Assembly (NCBI GenBank): GCA_041666185.1 | Contig: JBAYHL010000002.1 | Coordinates: forward strand, 1,834-65,833 | DNA length: 64,000 nucleotides | Direction of reading: 5' to 3' | DNA from: Patescibacteria group bacterium | GTDB taxonomy: Bacteria > Patescibacteriota > UBA1384 > UBA12157 > JAENIV01 | Part shown: in pieces, positions 17,809 to 27,896 of the stretch | Position numbering within the stretch: position 1 is the first letter of the stretch | Layout: each line of letters opens with the position of its first letter | Made by a program: the position numbers and the translations under genes | Notes under the pieces: generated by a model | The model's input: the letters and a program-made list of their open reading frames with translations, nothing else | Databases searched by the model: none | Told to the model about the DNA's origin: nothing

Positions 17809-19263
17809 ATGTCGCTAACACGCAGAGTTGCCTACAACACAATTGTCCAAATTGTCGGGAAAGTTTTGACCACCTTAATTTCTTTAAGTTTGATCGCTGC
17901 TTTAACCCGTTATTTAGGTGTTTCTGGCTATGGTCAATATACAACAATTTTTGCCTATACTCAGTTTTTTGCCGTCCTGGCTGATTTTGGTTTTTTCTGG
18001 TATTTAGTTAGAGAAATTGCCAAACCAAATGTTGATAGTGATAAAATTACTAATAATGTTTTAACTTTCAGGTCAATAATTGCTCTGTTAATTTTTCTTT
18101 TATCATTCCTGATTAGCCTATTAATTCCCCAGTATCACGATTTTCGTTTAGGAATAGGTATTGTTGCCGCTGCCAGTTTTTGGATGACCTTAAATGGTAC
18201 ATATGTTGGTATTTTCCAAAATAAGCTCCGGATGGACAAAGCGGCAATTACCGATATTTTGGGTCGTTTGGTTATTTTTGGTCTCATTCTTTATCAAATT
18301 AAGACGGGGGCAACCTTAAATAGTATTTTATGGTCCTATTTTATAGGCAACTTGGTTAATTTCTTTTCCAGCGCTTATTTTGGGCGAATTTACCTTCATT
18401 TCAAACTAGCTTTTGATTTTAAACTTTGGAAAGAAATTTTTTGGCAATGCTTGCCAATTTCAGTCGTCACAATTTTAGGCATAATTTATTTTAAGGTTGA
18501 TACGGTTATGCTCTCACTTCTTAAGAGTTCGACCGATGTTGGTATTTATGGCCCACCTTATAAAGTGGTGGAAATTTTACTTTTAGTACCGGCAATTTTT
18601 ATGGGTAATGTTTTTCCAATTATTACCCGTTATATTCATGATGGTAGCGGTCGTTTTGAAGGAGCTTTTCAGAAAGCTTTCGATTTTTTAATTATTTTAG
18701 CCTTACCGATTATTGTGGTAACTATTCTAACTGCCCCGCGGATTATTCAGATTGTTGGTGGTAATGACTTTGTTTCGGCTCACACTGTTGGGCCAATTTG
18801 GGGAATTGCCGCGACTTCTGGTTTAGCTTTGCAGATATTAATCATTGCTGTAGGCATCTCCTTTTTGTCTCATCTTTTTGGCTATACGGTAATTTCTCTG
18901 GGTAAGCAGACAAAACTTATTTGGCCTAATCTATTTTTAGTCTTCTTTAATATTGGCTTAAACTTAATTTTAATTCCTAAGATATCTTATATCGGTGCGG
19001 CTTTAACAACAGTTTTAACGGAAGTTTTAGTAATTATTTTGTACTTTTTGGTTATGCGCCGTTATATCAAAAATAAAATTCGTCTTAACATCTTGTTAAA
19101 AGTTGCTTTTTCTGGTATAGTTCTAGCTCTAGCTTTGAAATACTTAAATTTTCTTGCTCTATGGTATCTTTTGCCAATAGGGGTAATAGTTTATTTTGCT
19201 AGCCTATGGTTAGTAAAAGGGATTTCAAAGGAAATGATGAGAGAAGTCGTAAAGGGTAAATAA
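17809..19263 (+). CDS. wzx: Wzx-type polysaccharide flippase
   Basis: 12-14 TM helices; TRYLG..GYG.Y, DFG...YLVREIA, YFKVDTVMLS and VGIYG motifs. Confidence 0.88.
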   Translation: MSLTRRVAYNTIVQIVGKVLTTLISLSLIAALTRYLGVSGYGQYTTIFAYTQFFAVLADFGFFWYLVREIAKPNVDSDKITNNVLTFRSIIALLIFLLSFLISLLIPQYHDFRLGIGIVAAASFWMTLNGTYVGIFQNKLRMDKAAITDILGRLVIFGLILYQIKTGATLNSILWSYFIGNLVNFFSSAYFGRIYLHFKLAFDFKLWKEIFWQCLPISVVTILGIIYFKVDTVMLSLLKSSTDVGIYGPPYKVVEILLLVPAIFMGNVFPIITRYIHDGSGRFEGAFQKAFDFLIILALPIIVVTILTAPRIIQIVGGNDFVSAHTVGPIWGIAATSGLALQILIIAVGISFLSHLFGYTVISLGKQTKLIWPNLFLVFFNIGLNLILIPKISYIGAALTTVLTEVLVIILYFLVMRRYIKNKIRLNILLKVAFSGIVLALALKYLNFLALWYLLPIGVIVYFASLWLVKGISKEMMREVVKGK

Positions 19264-19270
19264 CTAAATT

Positions 19271-20344
19271 ATGAAAATAGCTATTGATGCTCAGACAACT
19301 TTGGGACAAAAAACAGGCTTTGGTTTTTATGTAAAAAACCTTGTTGACGCTTTAGCAAAAGTTGATCCTCAAAATAAATACATTTTAATCAAACCTCAAA
19401 CAGAGAAGGATTTCCCAACTGTAAAAAGATTTATTTGGGATCAAATCACTTTCCCAAGCAAAGCCAAATGGGCAAAAGTTGATTTATTACATCAACCTTG
19501 TTTTTCGGCGCCAATTTTTTATCCTGGTAAAGTAATTGTTACTTGCCATGATTTAATTTCGGTCTTTTTTCCTGAAAATTTACCTTTAGCTTCGAGACTC
19601 TTTTATTCTCGTTGGATGCCTTTTTCGTACAGAAAAGCCATGCTTGTTATTGCCAGTTCCGAACATACCAAAAGAGACTTGATGTCACTACTAAAAATTC
19701 CCGAAAGTCAGATAAGAGTTGTTCATTTAGCGGTTTCTTCGGAATTTGAACCAATTAAAAGTGAAACAAAAATAGCCAAAGTTCGAAAAAAATATGGTAC
19801 TGGTCAAAAATATCTTATGCATGTAGGAACTTTGGAACCACGCAAAAATTTAGAATTTTTAGTTAAAGCTTTCGCTCTTGCATACCGAGAAGGTATTGAA
19901 GAAAATTTGGTTATTACTGGGAAAAAAGGTTGGTATTATAATGGTCTTTTTGAATTAGTTAAGAAGTTAAATCTAGAAAAAAAAGTTATTTTTACTGGTT
20001 ACGTTGAAGAAAAAGATTTACCAGCTTTGTACTCTGGGGCAACAGCATTTTTATTCCCGTCTCTATATGAGGGGTTTGGACTCCCACCACTGGAAGCACT
20101 TGCTTGTGGCACACCAGTTATTTCTTCAAATACTTCTTCTTTACCGGAAGTTGTTGGTCGGGCAGGTATACTTCTTCCTCCTAAAGACGAAAGAATATGG
20201 GCAAAAAATATTGTAAAAATTGTCAAAGATAAGAGTTTGGCTAAAACATTGCGAGATTTAGGTATTCGGCAAGCAGCCAAATTTACCTGGGAAAACACAG
20301 CTCGTAAAACAATTGAAGTTTACAAAGAAGCGATGGAAGAATGA
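19271..20344 (+). CDS. GT4 glycosyltransferase (mannosyltransferase-like)
   Basis: GTLEPRKN and FPSLYEGFGLPPLEALACGTPV motifs. Confidence 0.92.
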   Translation: MKIAIDAQTTLGQKTGFGFYVKNLVDALAKVDPQNKYILIKPQTEKDFPTVKRFIWDQITFPSKAKWAKVDLLHQPCFSAPIFYPGKVIVTCHDLISVFFPENLPLASRLFYSRWMPFSYRKAMLVIASSEHTKRDLMSLLKIPESQIRVVHLAVSSEFEPIKSETKIAKVRKKYGTGQKYLMHVGTLEPRKNLEFLVKAFALAYREGIEENLVITGKKGWYYNGLFELVKKLNLEKKVIFTGYVEEKDLPALYSGATAFLFPSLYEGFGLPPLEALACGTPVISSNTSSLPEVVGRAGILLPPKDERIWAKNIVKIVKDKSLAKTLRDLGIRQAAKFTWENTARKTIEVYKEAMEE

Positions 20345-21465
20345 AAATTGCCATTGACGCTTCAAGAGCGGTCAACGAAAAGGCAGGTATTGGCCGTTAC
20401 ACCTTGGAGCTAATCAAGAAATTAATCGAAATTGATAAAGAGAACCAATATCTCTTACTTTTTAGTTTTATGCGAGAAGACGCTTATAAAACTAAAATTA
20501 TTAAATCTTTAAAATCGGCTAATGTTAAAACGAAGGTTTTTAAAATCCCTGGTAATTTGAAAGAAAAAGTTTGGGGTTGGCAAATGCCTTGGTTTAAACA
20601 TCTTTTAGGTGATGCTGATATTTTTTACGCCCCGAGTTTTTTCGAAGTAAATATGGGGTTAAATATTCCTCAAGTAGTAACAATTTATGATCTAACGACC
20701 TTTTTGTTCCCTGAACATCGTGGCCAGGAAGTTTCTGAAAGATTGAATTTAAGGACCAGGAAAGCTTGTCAAAAAGCGGTTAAAATTATTGCTATTTCTG
20801 AATCGACTAAAAACGATCTTGAAAAACACCTAAAAATTAAGCAAGCAAAAATTAAGGTTGTTTACCCGGGTAAAAATGAATTACCAGAACCTGTAAAAAA
20901 CTTGCCTTCTACTTTAAAAAATGGGTCATATATTTTAGCGGTAGGAACTATTGAACCGAGAAAGAATCTAACAGGTCTTTTTAAGGCTTATGCTTTACTG
21001 CCAATAAAATTACAAGAGAAGTATCCACTAGTTATTGTTGGTGCCGAGGGGTGGAATGAGGAAGAGACTTTCAATACTTTTAACCATTTAAAATTAGAGG
21101 GTAAAGTTAAGTTTTTGGGATTTGTTCCCGATTCAATGCTAGCTAAGCTTTATAAGGAAGCGGCTGTTTTTGTTTACCCAAGCCTATACGAGGGTTTTGG
21201 TTTTCCTGTTTTGGAAGCCTTATCTTATGGAGTACCAGTAGTAACCTCTAGTGTTTCCTCTCTTCCAGAGGTAGCGGGAAAAGCAGCCGTTCTAGTAAAC
21301 CAGGAAGATCCAAAGTCGATTTCTAGTGGCCTACAAAGGCTTCTAGAGCACAAGCAAGAGGCAGACGACTTGAGAAAAATTGCCAAAATCCAAGCTGATA
21401 AATTCTCTTGGGAAAAAGCTGCCAAAGAAACATTAAAAGTCTTTAAGGAAGTGTTATTAAAATAA
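20341..21465 (+). CDS. GT4 glycosyltransferase (mannosyltransferase-like)
   Basis: GIGRY, GTIEPRKN and YPSLYEGFGFPVLEA motifs. Confidence 0.92.
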   Translation: MKIAIDASRAVNEKAGIGRYTLELIKKLIEIDKENQYLLLFSFMREDAYKTKIIKSLKSANVKTKVFKIPGNLKEKVWGWQMPWFKHLLGDADIFYAPSFFEVNMGLNIPQVVTIYDLTTFLFPEHRGQEVSERLNLRTRKACQKAVKIIAISESTKNDLEKHLKIKQAKIKVVYPGKNELPEPVKNLPSTLKNGSYILAVGTIEPRKNLTGLFKAYALLPIKLQEKYPLVIVGAEGWNEEETFNTFNHLKLEGKVKFLGFVPDSMLAKLYKEAAVFVYPSLYEGFGFPVLEALSYGVPVVTSSVSSLPEVAGKAAVLVNQEDPKSISSGLQRLLEHKQEADDLRKIAKIQADKFSWEKAAKETLKVFKEVLLK

Positions 21466-21501
21466 AGCCTTCGGGTTGTGCTTTCGGCTAGAAAGAACAT
21501 T

Positions 21502-22584
21502 ATGCACAAACCAGTTTTAGCCATTTTAACTGATACAATTCGTTACGATAACCAGGCGGCATTGAAATATTTTACTAAAATAAAGCCGGTTCATTTTTAT
21601 AAATCCGCACCTTACGGTGATCTGAGGAAAGAAGACCTAAAAGAGGCGATTTCGTATCGTGATTTTAGAGATTTGGAAGAAAAGCTTATTAGGTTAAAAC
21701 CTGATATTATTCAAGGAGCTGAACCTTATGGGTCAAGAGTTCAATTAAAGCTTTGCCGGATTGCTTACAGAATTTCAAAAAAACTAAATATTCCTCTTAT
21801 TTTTCCAAGTTTGGAAAATAGACCAGTAAATTCACGTTTTGGTAAGGTTTCGGGACCAGTTTTGAAACATGTTTTAAAGGTTTATGCTAAACAAGCTAGC
21901 CTTATTTTTTACCTTAATGAAGGGGCAAAAAAGAACCTCTTAAAAGCAGGGGTCAGTCCAGAGAAGCTAAAAAGTTTGTTATATGGCATATGGGGGATTA
22001 ATACTGATCTATTTAAACCGAATATCCCGCTCCAGGAGCGGGGTTTAGGTCAATATATCTTATTTGTTGGTCGTTTAGATGAAGCCAAAGGAGTACCATA
22101 CATTTTGCAAGCTTGGAAAAAAATTAAAGATGAATTCCCAAAAATTGAACTGGTTTTTATTGGCGATGACAAACTAAATGTTCAAGTTAAAGGGGAGAGA
22201 ATCAAAAAATTGGGGATTTTGAAAAACGAACAATTGCCCCCTTATTTTGCTAATGCTTTGTTTACTTTATGTCCTTCGGTAACCTTAAAACGTTGGGAAG
22301 AGCAAGTAGGAATGACTAATCTTCAGTCTTTGGCTTGCGGCACACCGGTAATTACGACTAAATCCGGGGCGATTCCCGAATATATTAATGAAAAAGTGGG
22401 GATTTTGATACCAGAAAAAAACGCTAATGCTTTAGCGGAAGCAATGAAAAAATTATTAAAAAATAGTAAATTACGCCAAAAATTAGGCCAAAATGGCGTC
22501 ACTTATATAAAAGAGAACTTCGAAGTTAAAAAAACCATCCAAAAAACAGAAGAGATTTTGTTAGGGCTTATTAAAAAGGTATAA
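21502..22584 (+). CDS. GT4 glycosyltransferase
   Basis: FVGRLDEAKG and WEEQVGMTNLQSLACGTPVI motifs; ATG 21502 preferred over GTG 21478. Confidence 0.85.
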   Translation: MHKPVLAILTDTIRYDNQAALKYFTKIKPVHFYKSAPYGDLRKEDLKEAISYRDFRDLEEKLIRLKPDIIQGAEPYGSRVQLKLCRIAYRISKKLNIPLIFPSLENRPVNSRFGKVSGPVLKHVLKVYAKQASLIFYLNEGAKKNLLKAGVSPEKLKSLLYGIWGINTDLFKPNIPLQERGLGQYILFVGRLDEAKGVPYILQAWKKIKDEFPKIELVFIGDDKLNVQVKGERIKKLGILKNEQLPPYFANALFTLCPSVTLKRWEEQVGMTNLQSLACGTPVITTKSGAIPEYINEKVGILIPEKNANALAEAMKKLLKNSKLRQKLGQNGVTYIKENFEVKKTIQKTEEILLGLIKKV

Positions 22585-22604
22585 TTAAAAAACGAAAGGA
22601 GAGT

Positions 22605-23297
22605 ATGGGTGAAAACTTAACTATTCCAGAAGACTCAGTTGAAGAAAATGAAAATATTTATCCTTCAGTTTCAGAGTATTTGTCTGCTTTTGAGCAGTCA
22701 TCTCAATTTGACGAGGCAATCGCTCAAAGAGAAAGAGATTTAAAACTGGAAAGACCTGACATTAATTTAAGTAAAGAAGATCTTGTTGAAAGTATGAGGT
22801 TATCTCCTGATTATAGGTACACGCTAGTGGATTTTCATCGAGCTGGTAATAAATTGCCAACCGATTTGGAGGTTTATGGTCCAGAAGCTCAAGAAGCAAT
22901 TCAGGCGTATTGGAAGTATATTGAATCAATGCCTAACCATATAGATATAATTCGAGCGACAGCGAGAGACAAAGACGACGAGGTGATGAAATTATTTCGA
23001 ATGGAAAAAACAAGAGACAAATTTCATACTCTTGCTGGGTTAGAGCTGCTTGGTAAAGGAGTGATGTTAGAAAATGGTCAAAAAATTACTTGCGACGAGT
23101 TTACCTCTGACGAGTCGGCGATGGATTTGGCATCATATTCAATTTTAGGGAGAGCGTTAGTCTCTATTATCACTGAAGGGGTTGGCTTGGATGTTGTTGA
23201 TCCTAAAAGAGAAGAAGCAAAAACAGTGGCAACTTTAAATTTTCTTAATGACCTTCAATACTCGAGTGGTCATTGGGTAGCTAAAGGTGAAAAATAA
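22605..23297 (+). CDS. Acidic helical hypothetical protein (ORFan)
   Basis: AAGGAG SD; 230-aa open frame; terminator after the stop. Confidence 0.7.
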   Translation: MGENLTIPEDSVEENENIYPSVSEYLSAFEQSSQFDEAIAQRERDLKLERPDINLSKEDLVESMRLSPDYRYTLVDFHRAGNKLPTDLEVYGPEAQEAIQAYWKYIESMPNHIDIIRATARDKDDEVMKLFRMEKTRDKFHTLAGLELLGKGVMLENGQKITCDEFTSDESAMDLASYSILGRALVSIITEGVGLDVVDPKREEAKTVATLNFLNDLQYSSGHWVAKGEK

Positions 23298-23303
23298 AAA
23301 AGA

Positions 23304-23334
23304 ACCCCTGGTTTTAAACTTTTAAACCAGGGGT
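23304..23334. terminator. Terminator hairpin between convergent genes
   Basis: acccctggttt...aaaccaggggt stem with an upstream A run. Confidence 0.75.
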
Positions 23335-23354
23335 AAATGCGAAGGAACTCTATT

Positions 23355-23513
23355 TTATCTGAGCTTTTCTTCTTCCTTGTAACGAAGGACAATTGCTTTG
23401 CAACCAATGCAAGTTTTTAGGTGTTCTTGGATCTCTGAGGTGGCATCCTTGCTTAACTTGTCTTCAAAAAAGACGAAGTCAATCAGTAGATCCACACTTG
23501 GGCATTTATTCAT
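23355..23513 (-). CDS. Stand-alone zf-HC2 (ZAS anti-sigma-type zinc finger) protein, 52 aa
   Basis: MNKCP...EIQEHLKTCIGC (HxxxCxxC); GGAGGTG SD before ATG 23513; TTGACA-17-TAAGAT promoter at 23565-23537. Confidence 0.72.
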   Translation of the reverse strand: MNKCPSVDLLIDFVFFEDKLSKDATSEIQEHLKTCIGCKAIVLRYKEEEKLR

Positions 23514-23605
23514 TTTAACCACCTCCAGGATTTGATATCTTATCATAATAAAGGATAAATGTCAAGTATTTAATTCTCTTTCTTAACCTGCTATACTTAA
23601 AACCA

Positions 23606-25033
23606 ATGAAAGAAAGATTTCTGCGAAATTTTTATATTGCGTTAATAAGCATTTTTTTGGCAGGGATAATTGGTGTCATTATTGCCAAAACAGCTTTTCT
23701 GTCACTAGTAATAATTCCTATACTTGTGCTGGCGGCAATTTTATTTTATTTAATTGTTCGTTCTCCTGAGCTAGGCTGGTTTTTAATTATTTTCTTTTTG
23801 CCTTTTGAAAGAGTGCCATCAATTGAAATGGCGGGGGTAAACCTAAAAATCAATACTCTTTTAGGTTTTTTGACTCTATTTGCCTGGTTTTTGGCTTTAA
23901 TGTTTAATTCCAAAAAATACAAGGTTCAACCTAATGTTTTGGCTATTCCTTTAGGTTTATTTAGCATTGCCATGTTTCTTTCTCTTACTCAAGCGGTAAA
24001 TCTTACAAGGGCAATCGCTGTTTTAATATTTATTTTATTTACAATTATGCTTTCAGTTCTGGCAGTTAATATTATTAAAGATAAAGAGAGCTTGAAAAAA
24101 ACCCTTTTAGTTCTATTTGCTTCGAGTTTTTTGGTTGGTTTGTTCGGTCTTTTCCAATTTGCTGGTGATGTTGTTGGACTTCCTAGAGGACTAACCTTAC
24201 TCAAGGAAGGGTATACCTCGAGGGTATTTGGTTTTCCAAGAGTTCAGGCTTTTTCAATGGAGCCATTGTATTTTGCTAATTATCTGTTGATTCCTATTTG
24301 TGTTGGTTTAGCTCTTTTTGTTAATAAGATTAGCATCTTGAAGCAACGTTGGTGGCTAATCGCTCTTATTATTCTTCTTTTGATCAACTTTGTTTTAACT
24401 GTTTCAAGGGGAGGATATGCTGGTTTGGTTGTTTCGCTTTTAGTTTTAGGCGCTTTTTTCTTAAAAAAAGTTTTGACCTGGAGGAATGTTTTAATCGGTG
24501 CGGTGGCGGTAGTTGTTGTAGTTTATGGAGTTTCTTTCGCTCTTTCTAAAGGTGAATATAGGGCAACAAACGAATTTTTAGGCCATGTTAAATTACAAGA
24601 TTTAACCCAAGGAGAATCTATTCAAGGCAGGCTAGTCACTTTCGAAAGGGCTTTGCGTGCTTATGATCAAAGCCCGATTTTAGGAATCGGTATTGGCAAC
24701 TATGGTCCTTGGGCAAAAAATTATCCTATTGTTCGGCCAAAAACTGGTTGGGACATTGTTAATAATGAATACATTGAAATTTTAGCCGAAACGGGCATTT
24801 TGGGTCTTGCGGCTTTTAGTCTGGTTCTTGTTATTTTAATATTTAGAAGTTTTGTCGCCTTTAAGTATGCTCATGATATTTTCTTAAAATCGGTTTTAAT
24901 TGGTCTTTTAGCAGCTCTGGCAGGTATTTTAGTCCAATATAACTTTATGTCGACTCTTTATATAATTCATGTCTGGATACTTATTGGGATATTGGTTGGT
25001 GTCCAAAATATTATTTTAAAACAAAAAGACTAA
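23606..25033 (+). CDS. O-antigen ligase/Wzy_C family protein
   Basis: R.QAFSMEP.YFANYL, LTVSRGG, PILGIGIGNY and NNEYIEILAETGILG motifs. Confidence 0.85.
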   Translation: MKERFLRNFYIALISIFLAGIIGVIIAKTAFLSLVIIPILVLAAILFYLIVRSPELGWFLIIFFLPFERVPSIEMAGVNLKINTLLGFLTLFAWFLALMFNSKKYKVQPNVLAIPLGLFSIAMFLSLTQAVNLTRAIAVLIFILFTIMLSVLAVNIIKDKESLKKTLLVLFASSFLVGLFGLFQFAGDVVGLPRGLTLLKEGYTSRVFGFPRVQAFSMEPLYFANYLLIPICVGLALFVNKISILKQRWWLIALIILLLINFVLTVSRGGYAGLVVSLLVLGAFFLKKVLTWRNVLIGAVAVVVVVYGVSFALSKGEYRATNEFLGHVKLQDLTQGESIQGRLVTFERALRAYDQSPILGIGIGNYGPWAKNYPIVRPKTGWDIVNNEYIEILAETGILGLAAFSLVLVILIFRSFVAFKYAHDIFLKSVLIGLLAALAGILVQYNFMSTLYIIHVWILIGILVGVQNIILKQKD

Positions 25034-25036
25034 ATT

Positions 25037-26227
25037 ATGGTCAATTTTATTTGTCTAATCTTATTATTGCTTCCTACCTACCTCATCCGTTTTTCGATAT
25101 TTAATATTCCGACAACTGCTTTAGAAGTTTTGATTTATCTGGTTTTTGTTTATGGTCTTTTTAAAGCTAAAAGTCTCGGTTTTCGAAAAATTCCTCTAAA
25201 AATCATTTTACCAGTAGGGCTTTTAATCTTATCTTTAGTAATTTCTGTTATTATTGCTCCAGACAAAAGAATTGCTTTAGGTGAATTTAAGGGGTTTTTT
25301 ATTGATCCTCTCTTGGTTTTTTGGTTAATTTATCAGTTTGTTAAAAAGCAGGATTTGCCAAAAATCTTTTGGTTGCTAATTCTTTCTGGTACTTTTGTGG
25401 CAATTCATACAATTATTCAAAGATTTTTGGGTCATGTTACCACTGATGGTCGAGTAATTGGCCTTTTCGGCTATTCGCCTAATTATATTTCCTTGTTTTT
25501 AGCCCCAATTACAGTTTTGATATTAACTTACAATTTTCAAACTACAACCCACAACTTACCAAAAAAAATCTGGCAGTTTGTTGTTAGTTGTCTGTTGGCG
25601 ATTGTTTGTTTATTAGCGATCTACTTCTCGGGGAGCCGTGGTGGTCTTTTAGCAGTTGCTGCTGGCGTTGGTGTTTTTTTTATCGCTTATTACTGGAGTT
25701 GGATACGAGAGAGGATTTCCAGTCAAATAATTATTGGTATTTTGGTTGTAATGGCTATTTATACCGGTTGGGTATTTTTTAGACCGGATTTCATGGCTTC
25801 GCCTGATAGCGGTCGAGTAGCAACATCTAATAATCTTCGTTGGCAGATTTGGCAGACATCGGTAGAACTTGGTAGTTATCATCCAATTTTAGGTGTAGGT
25901 TTGGGTAATTTTCAAAATGCTTTTGGCGAAATGACAAAAGATAGGGGAAATTTTCCTGAATATATTACGCCAATGGCTTTAACGCCTCACAACATCTTTT
26001 TAATGTTTTGGCTGAGCTTGGGGATTTTAGGGCTTTTAGGGTTTTTTTGGCTTTTGGTTTTGTTTTTTCGGCAAGCTTTTCAAAAAATTAATTCTAACAA
26101 AACTGCTTGTGTTATTTTGGCAGTAATGTCCTCGATTATTTTATATGGACTAATTGAGTCGTCAATTTGGAAAAATGACTTAAGTATTATTTTTTGGGTA
26201 ATGTGGGGGTTAATTTGGGTTATCTAA
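25037..26227 (+). CDS. O-antigen ligase/Wzy_C family protein
   Basis: GRVIG.FGYSPNY, SGSRGG, R.QIW, PILGVGLGNF and PHNIFL motifs. Confidence 0.88.
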   Translation: MVNFICLILLLLPTYLIRFSIFNIPTTALEVLIYLVFVYGLFKAKSLGFRKIPLKIILPVGLLILSLVISVIIAPDKRIALGEFKGFFIDPLLVFWLIYQFVKKQDLPKIFWLLILSGTFVAIHTIIQRFLGHVTTDGRVIGLFGYSPNYISLFLAPITVLILTYNFQTTTHNLPKKIWQFVVSCLLAIVCLLAIYFSGSRGGLLAVAAGVGVFFIAYYWSWIRERISSQIIIGILVVMAIYTGWVFFRPDFMASPDSGRVATSNNLRWQIWQTSVELGSYHPILGVGLGNFQNAFGEMTKDRGNFPEYITPMALTPHNIFLMFWLSLGILGLLGFFWLLVLFFRQAFQKINSNKTACVILAVMSSIILYGLIESSIWKNDLSIIFWVMWGLIWVI

Positions 26228-27867
26228 AAAAGCATTGGCAAAAATTTGCCTTAATAGGAATTTTTCTTACCTCTTTTTTATTGATGATTTTTTCCGGCAA
26301 AACTGACTCTCTAACGGTTGATGAAAAAGTTCATATTTCCGCTGGTTATTTGCATACTTGGAAGGGTGATTATACTTTTAACACCGAACACCCACCAATG
26401 TTAAATGATCTAGCTGGTCTTTTTGCTAAACTGGCTAAACCAAATGTTCCAGAAATTCCAGCAAATTTTAATGGTGGTGACCAGTGGGAATACGGTGACA
26501 TGTTTTTTTATCTTTCTGGTAATAATGTTGATAAAATTCTTTTTTGGGCAAGATTTCCATTTATTTTATTAACTTTAGGATTAGTTTATTTGGTTTTTCT
26601 TTGGGCAAGAGCTCTTTTTGGTAAAAACGCTGGCTTAATTGCTGCCGCCTTAACCGCTTTTTCACCAAATATTTTAGCTCACGGAAGAGTAGCAACAACA
26701 GATATTGGGGTAACTTTTTTCTTTCTCTTGGTTTGCTGGTTTTTAAGAAAGTATTATTTAAAACCTAATTTAAAAACTGCCGCCTTATTGGGTTTGGGCT
26801 TAGGTTTAATAATTTTAGCGAAATTTTCTGGTATGTTTGTTTTGCCAGTGATTTTTTTAGGAGTAGTTTTCTCTTTATTAAATCAACGGGTAAAAATCCT
26901 ATCTGCCATTTATCAAATTGCTCTAATTGTGATTATTCCCTTGGTTCTTGTCTGGGGTGTTTATGCTTTTACGACGCGAGGGCAAATTAAAGAAGCGCCA
27001 GTCACTTATCAATTATCAAAGACCTTCCATTCTAAAACAATTTCTCACGAATGGTCTAAATGGTTGGTGATTCCTTTTGATAAATTTGCTCAAGGTACAG
27101 AAATTCTTTTAGATCATAATACCTCTGGTCATTGGTCTTATCTAAATGGTGAAGTTGATTATTCTGGTTGGTGGTATTATTTTCCTTATACATTACTTTA
27201 CAAGATGACTTTGGTGGAAATTATTTTATTTGTTGCTTCAGTTTTTATGTTTTGGAAATTAAGAAAAACTACTAATTGGCAAGCGCCAGCAGGTTGGTTT
27301 GACTATTATTTGTTACTTTTTCCACCTTTATTGTTTTTTGTAATTTCTATGGTTGGCCGAATTGATATTGGTATCCGTCACATTTTACCGATTTTGCCAT
27401 TCATGTATATCTTTATTAGTAGTTTGGTTTTATTCAAAAATAATGTGTTTAAAAAATTGCTGTTAACTTTAATTATTTTGCAAATTGCTATAACTTTTCT
27501 TGCTTTTCCTAATTATTTAACTTATTTTAATCAAATTGCCGGTGGTGTTAAAGGGGGTATTAAGCATCTTTCCGATTCTAATTTAGATTGGAATCAAAAC
27601 ATGAAAAGATTTGGGATTTATGCCAAAGAAAATGACATAAAAAAAGTTTATTCTCTTTGTTGGGATGAGTATTCTTTTAGTTACCAAGGTGTTAGCGCCC
27701 AAACGCTTCCCAACAATCCAGTAAATGGGGTAGCGGTTATTTGTGCTCAACAAATGGTTGTTCCGCCAGAAGGTTTTGATTTTTCGTGGGTGATAAAAAA
27801 TCCTCCTGATGCGGTTATCGGTAATGCGATGTACGTTTGGCGATTTGATAAAAAAAATGTAAAATAA
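26215..27867 (+). CDS. PMT_2/ArnT-like GT-C glycosyltransferase
   Basis: TVDE.VH..AG, EHPP, SPNILAHG..ATTD, IGIRHILP and DSNLDW motifs; TTG 26215 follows GGGGGT. Confidence 0.85.
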   Translation: MGYLKKHWQKFALIGIFLTSFLLMIFSGKTDSLTVDEKVHISAGYLHTWKGDYTFNTEHPPMLNDLAGLFAKLAKPNVPEIPANFNGGDQWEYGDMFFYLSGNNVDKILFWARFPFILLTLGLVYLVFLWARALFGKNAGLIAAALTAFSPNILAHGRVATTDIGVTFFFLLVCWFLRKYYLKPNLKTAALLGLGLGLIILAKFSGMFVLPVIFLGVVFSLLNQRVKILSAIYQIALIVIIPLVLVWGVYAFTTRGQIKEAPVTYQLSKTFHSKTISHEWSKWLVIPFDKFAQGTEILLDHNTSGHWSYLNGEVDYSGWWYYFPYTLLYKMTLVEIILFVASVFMFWKLRKTTNWQAPAGWFDYYLLLFPPLLFFVISMVGRIDIGIRHILPILPFMYIFISSLVLFKNNVFKKLLLTLIILQIAITFLAFPNYLTYFNQIAGGVKGGIKHLSDSNLDWNQNMKRFGIYAKENDIKKVYSLCWDEYSFSYQGVSAQTLPNNPVNGVAVICAQQMVVPPEGFDFSWVIKNPPDAVIGNAMYVWRFDKKNVK

Positions 27868-27896
27868 AGTTATTGAATAATTTTAAAAGGAGAAAG

